Virus record (IMG/VR): IMGVR_UViG_3300011888_000001
Coordinates: 1-44,582 of that record
Source: a virus
Strand: one strand, 5' to 3'
Length of the DNA: 44,582 bases
Both the position numbers and the translations under genes were made by a program. Under the pieces are notes generated by a model. The model saw only the letters and a list, made by a program, of their open reading frames with translations. It was not told the DNA's origin and did not search any database. The stretch's first letter is position 1; the number at the start of each line of letters is the position of its first letter. Shown here piece after piece: positions 40,387 through 44,582 of this stretch.

Positions 40387-40748
40387 TGCGCGAACCTCAG
40401 TCCGAACATCGCGGCATACTTCCGGCCAGAGTGGTAGCTGATGCCGACTATGGTGGATGCCTGGCGAAGGGTCATGTGGGTCAGGTTTTCCATCTGAGCG
40501 CGGATCTCTTCGCGCCGGATGGCCATCTTCTCGGCGAAGCGGGCGCGGCCTACACGCCAGGCGTAACCGGTGTCGCGCTCTGCGTCATCTGGCGTGTCAT
40601 CTACCGGATCGTTTGCCCGGACCACCTTCAGGCGGGCCTGAGCTTGTGCCCATCGCCGCGGATGCTTCTTGCGATCCAGCTTGGATGCGCTACCCAAGGC
40701 AGCGCGGAGTTCAGATTCGGAGTGGAAGAGGTTGGCGCAGGTGTTCAT
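40383..40748 (-). CDS. Hypothetical protein with C-terminal HTH-like segment (121 aa)
   Basis: ATG 40748 (TGATG coupling). MTLRQASTIVGISYHSGRKYA. Confidence 0.5.
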   Translation of the reverse strand: MNTCANLFHSESELRAALGSASKLDRKKHPRRWAQAQARLKVVRANDPVDDTPDDAERDTGYAWRVGRARFAEKMAIRREEIRAQMENLTHMTLRQASTIVGISYHSGRKYAAMFGLRFAQ

Positions 40749-41245
40749 CACTTGATCCTCACCGAGCTTTGCCCGCGCTCAATGTGCGCACCAGGAACGT
40801 CCTCACCGGCCTTGAGCCGGCGCAGGATCTCGCGCTTGTCGGGCTTGATGGTTGTCTGGACTGTCACGCATTCATCGGGAAGGGCCGACTCTTGGTCGAT
40901 GACGGCCACCTCAACGCCTTTGGCTAGCGTGATGCTGAAGAGCGGGCACTTGATGCTGGTGATGCCCGTCTCTTCCATGTTCTGGCGCAGCCATTCGCGC
41001 ATGCTGTCCTGGCGCGCCTTGATGGCCTTCTTGCGGTCGGTCAAGCGAGCTATCTCGCGCTCTAGGGCATCGACGTCGCTGTCCATGTTGTGGACGACGG
41101 TGATCAGTGCCTGGGCCTTCTCGTTGAATTCGCCTTCGATGGCCTGCATGGTGTCGCGGATGGCGATCTCCATGCCTTCGTCGCCTTGCTCGGCCAGCTC
41201 CTGCAGTTCGGCGTATTGCTCGGTCAGCGTCCGGAGGCTGGTCAT
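40748..41245 (-). CDS. Siphovirus Gp157-like protein
   Basis: 165 aa. N-terminal acidic coiled coil, central ALEREIARLTDRKKAIKARQDSMREWL and C-terminal ALPDECV... match my recollection of the Sipho_Gp157 pattern. Adjacent to an annealing protein. Confidence 0.55.
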   Translation of the reverse strand: MTSLRTLTEQYAELQELAEQGDEGMEIAIRDTMQAIEGEFNEKAQALITVVHNMDSDVDALEREIARLTDRKKAIKARQDSMREWLRQNMEETGITSIKCPLFSITLAKGVEVAVIDQESALPDECVTVQTTIKPDKREILRRLKAGEDVPGAHIERGQSSVRIK

Positions 41246-41961
41246 GCTGCTTCTCCCTTCAGGCGCTCGGTCTGGGTGGCGAGCTCCTTGGCGATACGCT
41301 TGACGCCGGCCTCATCGCGGCGCGTGCTGAGCTTGCGGACCGCGGTGTCGTGCATCTTCTTGAGCTCGTGCTCGTTCTTGGCGGTGCCCATGGACTCGAC
41401 GACGCTCTTGAGGTACGCCAGGCGCTCTTCCTTCTGGCGCTCGGCCTCAGCTTCCTTGTCTTCCGCCTTGGCTAGCTGCTCTTCTTCCTTCCGGAGCTGG
41501 ACGTACTCGCGGTCGTCGAACATGCCCAGGAAGATGTCAGCCGAGAAGCCGAGCATGCTCAGCGCCTTCTTGATGGCGTCGGTGAGGGACTTTTTGGGGG
41601 CCTCGGTGTCTGTCGTGATGCCCCACTTCGACTTGTAGGCGAACGGGGTGCAACCGTACTGCTCGACCTCGCCGCGCTTGCCGTTCAGCTCAAACCACAG
41701 CCGGATGCGGACCGTGTGTCCGACCTCCTGGCCGAGCACCTCACCCTTGTCATTCCGGACAGGGCCGCCCTGGTCAAAACGCTCTTCCACCACAGACCAG
41801 CCCCAGCCGATGCCGACCGGGCCGAACATCTCGGTGGCCCGTCGAATCATGTGCTGGCCGCTGATGCTGGTGATCTTCTGGCCGCTGACGGTTGCTTCTT
41901 TGGTGGCGCTGGGATCGGTCGCTTGGACCTCGTTCCACAGCTGCATTTTGTTATCGGACAT
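41242..41961 (-). CDS. Rad52/Sak-like single-strand annealing protein
   Basis: ITSISGQHMIRRATEMFGPVGIGWGW...APKKSLTDAIKKALSMLGFSADIFLG resembles Rad52-family phage SSAPs. Charged helical C-terminus. Confidence 0.6.
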   Translation of the reverse strand: MSDNKMQLWNEVQATDPSATKEATVSGQKITSISGQHMIRRATEMFGPVGIGWGWSVVEERFDQGGPVRNDKGEVLGQEVGHTVRIRLWFELNGKRGEVEQYGCTPFAYKSKWGITTDTEAPKKSLTDAIKKALSMLGFSADIFLGMFDDREYVQLRKEEEQLAKAEDKEAEAERQKEERLAYLKSVVESMGTAKNEHELKKMHDTAVRKLSTRRDEAGVKRIAKELATQTERLKGEAA

Positions 41962-42007
41962 GACAATGCGTCCCTGGCCGCGAATGCAGCCGGTGGAGGG
42001 TGGTGGG

Positions 42008-42307
42008 TTATTGGCCTAGGGCTTTGGCGATGGCGGCGCGGGCGTTGACTTCGCACTCCTCAGGCCATCCATAGTCAGGCGCATAGCGCGAATAGATGGA
42101 CAGAAGTCCTTGCAGCGCACTTAGCAAATCCGGTGCGGCAGAGATCAAGGAAGCGTTCGCTAGAGCCGTTTCTTTCTGGAATGGCTCTTTGGCGGAATGG
42201 CTGACCATGCAGACCATAAGGCCTCTATGGCCGACAGTTGGGCAGCCGTTAGGCTGTACTTGCCAGCCGAAAGTCCAAGGCCCTGGCGTGCCCTTGAATT
42301 CAGGCAT
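42008..42307 (-). CDS. Hypothetical protein (99 aa), GPW...ANASLISAAPDLL type
   Basis: Track ORF with GAGGA RBS. The motif is common in lambdoid early-region proteins (from memory). Confidence 0.55.
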   Translation of the reverse strand: MPEFKGTPGPWTFGWQVQPNGCPTVGHRGLMVCMVSHSAKEPFQKETALANASLISAAPDLLSALQGLLSIYSRYAPDYGWPEECEVNARAAIAKALGQ

Positions 42308-42352
42308 GATCTGTCCTCGCCACGCTATCGCGCAGCCTGTGATGGTGTGTGG

Positions 42353-42430
42353 TTATGCGTAGGCCAGAACGGCCGTGATGCAGAGGGTGTAGGTGATCAG
42401 GATGGCGAAGGCGCAGCGGAGAGGGGTCAT
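42353..42430 (-). CDS. Hydrophobic micro-peptide (25 aa), speculative
   Basis: MTPLRCAFAILITYTLCITAVLAYA. ATGA overlap with the upstream 57-aa ORF. Confidence 0.25.
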   Translation of the reverse strand: MTPLRCAFAILITYTLCITAVLAYA

Positions 42431-42600
42431 GCTTTGTTCCGCTCCAGGAGCTTGTCCGCCAGGCGCCGGCAGAACCGAGGATCTTCCACCAGCTCGATCC
42501 GATGGCCGTCGATGCGAGCCATGCGCATGGTCTGGGCCTGGATGACCTTGAAGTGCTTGGGGGTGGCGCAGGCGGGGTGGAGAAGGACTTGGGCGCTCAT
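42427..42600 (-). CDS. Hypothetical small protein (57 aa), not in the ORF track
   Basis: Hand translation: MSAQVLLHPACATPKHFKVIQAQTMRMARIDGHRIELVEDPRFCRRLADKLLERNKA. ATGA overlaps at both ends. Confidence 0.45.
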   Translation of the reverse strand: MSAQVLLHPACATPKHFKVIQAQTMRMARIDGHRIELVEDPRFCRRLADKLLERNKA

Positions 42601-42950
42601 TGAAAGATCCTCCCATCTTCCTCAATGCTCACGATCTGCAAGCCGATGACCATTTGACGGAACCAATCCAGCCCTTTCTCTTCGTCGTCATCACACTCAA
42701 GCGTGTCTTCGCCATCCCCATCTTCAGCAGGCTTTGTCAGCACAACACGGCCATATTCGCAGTCGTAGCCGGTGACGAACTCCAGCGCGTCGTAGGCGCT
42801 TTCGATGGCAGCATCGAGCACGTCAAATCCGAGCATATTCGTGCTGACGTCAACTTCAATGACCTTGCGGTAATCCCAGCAGCCCAGGGTGATCACTACC
42901 TTCTGCTTGGCTCGCCGCCCGCAGAAGCACATGTTCTGGTCGTAGTTCAT
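42597..42950 (-). CDS. Acidic hypothetical protein (117 aa)
   Basis: Track ORF. Asp/Glu-rich, including EDGDGEDTLECDDDEEKG. A/T-rich codons. Confidence 0.6.
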   Translation of the reverse strand: MNYDQNMCFCGRRAKQKVVITLGCWDYRKVIEVDVSTNMLGFDVLDAAIESAYDALEFVTGYDCEYGRVVLTKPAEDGDGEDTLECDDDEEKGLDWFRQMVIGLQIVSIEEDGRIFQ

Positions 42951-43192
42951 GCTGCTCTCCCGATGTACTTATGCTGACTCTCGGCCCGCAGGAATTGGCG
43001 GCGGAACTGGGCGGCGAGCTTGGCGCTGCGCTCCCAGTAGGCGAAGTCGCCGGCGTCGATCAGCATCAGCTCACGGAAGCCTTCAGCCTTTACCACTAGG
43101 TCGTGGGCGTCGGAGTCAGGCATGCGGGACCGGCTCAACCGGTCGAACTCGCGCTGCAGGATGTCGTTGGCGGGGCAGGGGGTGGTGATCAT
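42947..43192 (-). CDS. Hypothetical protein (81 aa)
   Basis: Track ORF with ATGA coupling at both ends. Confidence 0.55.
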   Translation of the reverse strand: MITTPCPANDILQREFDRLSRSRMPDSDAHDLVVKAEGFRELMLIDAGDFAYWERSAKLAAQFRRQFLRAESQHKYIGRAA

Positions 43193-43563
43193 TCTTCGGC
43201 CTCCTTGGCATCGCGTTCAGCCAGGGCGGCGAACGGCTTGACGATCTCGAGCACGACCTTCTCCTTGAGCCCGTCGTACCGGTGGCAGACGGTGCCCATA
43301 ATCAGGTGCTCATCCAGGGTGTATTCGATGTCCTCGGCGTCGATCTCAGCGCGTTGCTCGCTGAAGCGCCGCAGGAATTCCATGTAGGGGAGCTTGATGT
43401 GGCCGACGACGACGTCTTGGCCCTTCTCGAAGCGCTCGGTGCAGCAGCTGAGCCAGTGCTCGCCGGCGTTGGTGTCGATCCAGGCTTCAGATTCAGCCGG
43501 GCAGGCGTTGTCGTACTGCCGCTGGGCGCCTTCGAGCGCCGCGATCTGTGCGTATGCGTTCAT
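43189..43563 (-). CDS. Hypothetical protein (124 aa), first gene of the leftward operon
   Basis: In-frame ATG 43563 (MNAYAQIAALEGAQ...). The upstream extension in the track ORF is Pro/Ser-rich low complexity starting at GTG. Confidence 0.55.
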   Translation of the reverse strand: MNAYAQIAALEGAQRQYDNACPAESEAWIDTNAGEHWLSCCTERFEKGQDVVVGHIKLPYMEFLRRFSEQRAEIDAEDIEYTLDEHLIMGTVCHRYDGLKEKVVLEIVKPFAALAERDAKEAEE

Positions 43564-44123
43564 GGTTTGGGTCTCGATGGGCGCCGTAGCGCGGGGATAA
43601 AAGCTCCAGCACGCACCGCTGGGGGATTGCGGTGATGTGCGTACTGGCGAAAAGGGTGGAGACGGCCGGTGCTGATCTCCGGCTTCCGAGGTGTAGCGTT
43701 CTACAACGGTCACGCTGTCAGCCCATCAGCCTGGGCGCTCGTTTCCGTGATGCAGTGCCAGCCCCTGTTGATTGCTAGCTGGCGCGACTCCGTCTTCCTG
43801 CATCGGGGAGCGTCATAGTCTTCCGACGGCTACGTACTGAGGCTGAGCTACCGGCTTCTGTAGTAGGGCGTTGATTCGCCACCATGACGCTCTCCGATAC
43901 AGCCTCTTTCGAGGTGATCGGTACAACTCGCCGCCCGCAGCTACTGGCCTCTTGGGCGGCGCATTCAATGTCAAAGAACTCCCTCCGTTCTGAGGGCCTG
44001 TCGGTCCCGCTGGACTAGCCATTGCGGGGCAGGGGGATCACTTCGCTGGTCCCGTGCTATCCGGTGTGTCCGGAAGGTAGGCCCTGTTGAGGGCCTCGCA
44101 GTGTTCGCTGCGTCGATGGGTGT

Positions 44124-44180
44124 ACTTTAGAAACCTGAACAAAATCCGTCAACCCCAAAATTTAGAAATCTATAAATTTT
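44124..44180 (-). promoter_or_regulatory. Candidate leftward early promoter (PL-like) with operator motifs (OL-like)
   Basis: On the minus strand: TTGACG (44152-44147), 17 nt, TAAAGT (44129-44124). TTTAGAAAC (44126-44134) overlaps the -10. The near-palindrome TTTAGAaaTCTAtAAA (44161-44176) resembles the OR palindrome at 750-763. Confidence 0.6.
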
Positions 44181-44193
44181 TTGCGAGCGCACT

Positions 44194-44216
44194 AAAAAGC
44201 CCGCACGCGGCGGGCT
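44194..44216 (-). terminator. Intrinsic terminator ending the repressor operon
   Basis: GCCCGC (44199-44204) / GCGGGC (44210-44215). On the minus strand the stem is followed by TTTTTAGT. Confidence 0.75.
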
Positions 44217-44236
44217 TCTTCAATAGGTCAGGGGTA

Positions 44237-44476
44237 CTAGAAGAACTGCTTCAGCAGCAGCCATGCGAAGAAGGCCGCCCCAATCCCGACGAACACCAGG
44301 TCTTCGGTCTTAGCCTTCTCGCTCCTGATAGAGCTGTAGAGCGCGCTCCCCAGGCATAGCAGCATGCCGGTCGCAAAGAGGAGGCCAGCGTGGCGCCATG
44401 AAAACAGATAGGCGATGGAGTCCACGGCGATAAATGCCAGGCCGGCGCCAAACGCATAAGCTGGCGCGTCCTTCAT
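44237..44476 (-). CDS. Small three-TM membrane protein (79 aa) coupled to the repressor
   Basis: ATG 44476-44474 overlaps the repressor stop TGA 44475-44473 (ATGA). MKDAPAYAFGAGLAFIAVDSIAYLF...AGLLFATGMLLCLGSALY...LVFVGIGAAFFAWLLL. The track start (GTG 44506) would lie inside the repressor gene. Confidence 0.7.
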   Translation of the reverse strand: MKDAPAYAFGAGLAFIAVDSIAYLFSWRHAGLLFATGMLLCLGSALYSSIRSEKAKTEDLVFVGIGAAFFAWLLLKQFF

Positions 44477-44582
44477 CGCCTGGGCGACCTGCGGATTGTC
44501 GACCACCAGAAGACCCTCCCAAGGACTTTGACGTCCTGGACAAACTGCTCATGGGTCAGCGTCTCGTCCGGGTATTCCTCGG
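44473..44582 (-). CDS. 3' end of the same repressor gene (stop TGA 44475-44473)
   Basis: Reading through the 87-nt overlap gives ...FWWSTIRRSPRR followed by a stop. The total is 241 codons when the circle is closed. Confidence 0.85.
   Translation of the reverse strand, partial: EEYPDETLTHEQFVQDVKVLGRVFWWSTIRRSPRR
44496..44582. repeat. Terminal overlap copy 2 (identical to 1..87)
   Basis: Direct letter-by-letter comparison. Implies a circle of 44,495 bp. Confidence 0.95.

Larger units (their letters stand above)
1..44582. mobile_element. Complete temperate phage genome assembled as a circle (lambda-like regulatory/replication/lysis modules + T7/BPP-1-like podovirus virion module + attP/int)
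   Basis: Ends overlap by 87 nt. All phage modules are present (repressor/Cro, O/P, NinB/NinG, lysis, TerS/TerL, portal, capsid, tail tube, internal virion proteins, tailspikes, attP, int/xis). No host housekeeping genes are seen. Confidence 0.9.

Noticed and set aside
43813-44022. 69-aa Arg-rich ORF as a lambda N-like antiterminator.
   Set aside because: It has no Shine-Dalgarno sequence, its codon usage is atypical for this genome, and basic composition is expected from random GC-rich sequence. It is left as an open question inside the leader finding rather than called as a gene.
44080-44095. GGCCCT/AGGGCC hairpins at 44080-44095 (leftward leader) and 1199-1216 (rightward operon) as a nutL/nutR boxB pair. 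The stem resembles the lambda boxB stem GCCCT...AGGGC.
   Set aside because: In the two transcripts the stem arms are in opposite order and the loops differ (4 nt versus 6 nt), so they are not the same RNA element. No boxA-like sequence was recognised. They are kept only as local structures.
1-44582. Diversity-generating retroelement. I searched for one because the head module looks BPP-1-like.
   Set aside because: No reverse-transcriptase-like ORF and no template/variable repeat pair are visible near the fibre genes.
1-44582. CRISPR arrays, transposases or IS elements, toxin-antitoxin pairs, and known multi-gene defence systems.
   Set aside because: No regularly spaced direct repeats, no transposase-like ORFs, and no recognisable toxin partner next to the RHH or HTH genes. 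Nothing matched on inspection of either strand.

Overview
The window is a complete, GC-rich temperate phage genome that closes on itself. Bases 1-87 are identical to 44496-44582, giving a 44,495-bp circle, and the junction lies inside the repressor gene. Coding density is very high, and many genes are translationally coupled through ATGA or TGATG overlaps.

Gene order:
- Immunity region (about 44.2 kb, through the junction, to 1.0 kb): an S24/LexA-type CI-like repressor, a coupled small membrane protein and a terminator on the minus strand, with a divergent Cro-like gene. A TTTAGA-type operator motif is shared by the rightward and leftward early promoters.
- Rightward early operon (1.0-6.0 kb): two ribbon-helix-helix proteins, lambda O-like and P-like replication proteins with iterons inside the O gene, NinB, NinG, a DUF3310 protein and a possible Q-like late regulator.
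- Late-operon entry (6.0-6.2 kb): candidate late promoter, terminator and a tRNA-Asn(GTT).
- Lysis cassette (6.3-8.3 kb): three membrane proteins, a GH108 endolysin and embedded Rz/Rz1-type spanins.
- Accessory block (8.4-9.8 kb): a GH5-like glycoside hydrolase and two tiny ORFs.
- Packaging and virion module (9.8-27.8 kb): TerS and TerL, then a T7/BPP-1-like podovirus set (small Met-Cys proteins, portal, scaffold, capsid, decoration protein, tail tube A/B, gp13/14/15/16-position internal proteins).
- Receptor-binding cluster (27.8-34.2 kb), separated by terminators: a small fibre, two beta-helix tailspikes and an SGNH esterase.
- Integration module (34.2-35.5 kb): attP carrying the 3' two-thirds of a tRNA-Ser(CGA) flanked by GGTGCA repeats, plus a tyrosine integrase.
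- Leftward early operon (35.5-43.6 kb, minus strand): xis, an orphan DPPY DNA methyltransferase, a Rad52-like annealing protein, a Gp157-like protein and many small unknown proteins.

I found no CRISPR array, reverse transcriptase, transposase or recognisable named defence system. The best leads for new biology are:
- the repressor-coupled membrane protein;
- the GH5 enzyme between lysis and packaging;
- a low-GC cassette flanked by terminators between the head and tail genes;
- two paralogue pairs split between the two early arms;
- the multi-enzyme receptor-binding cluster;
- a roughly 550-nt leader with few ORFs downstream of the leftward early promoter.

All homology statements come from by-eye motif reading and recalled family features. 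No database search was run. The host is probably Pseudomonas-like, but that is inferred only from base composition and gene types.
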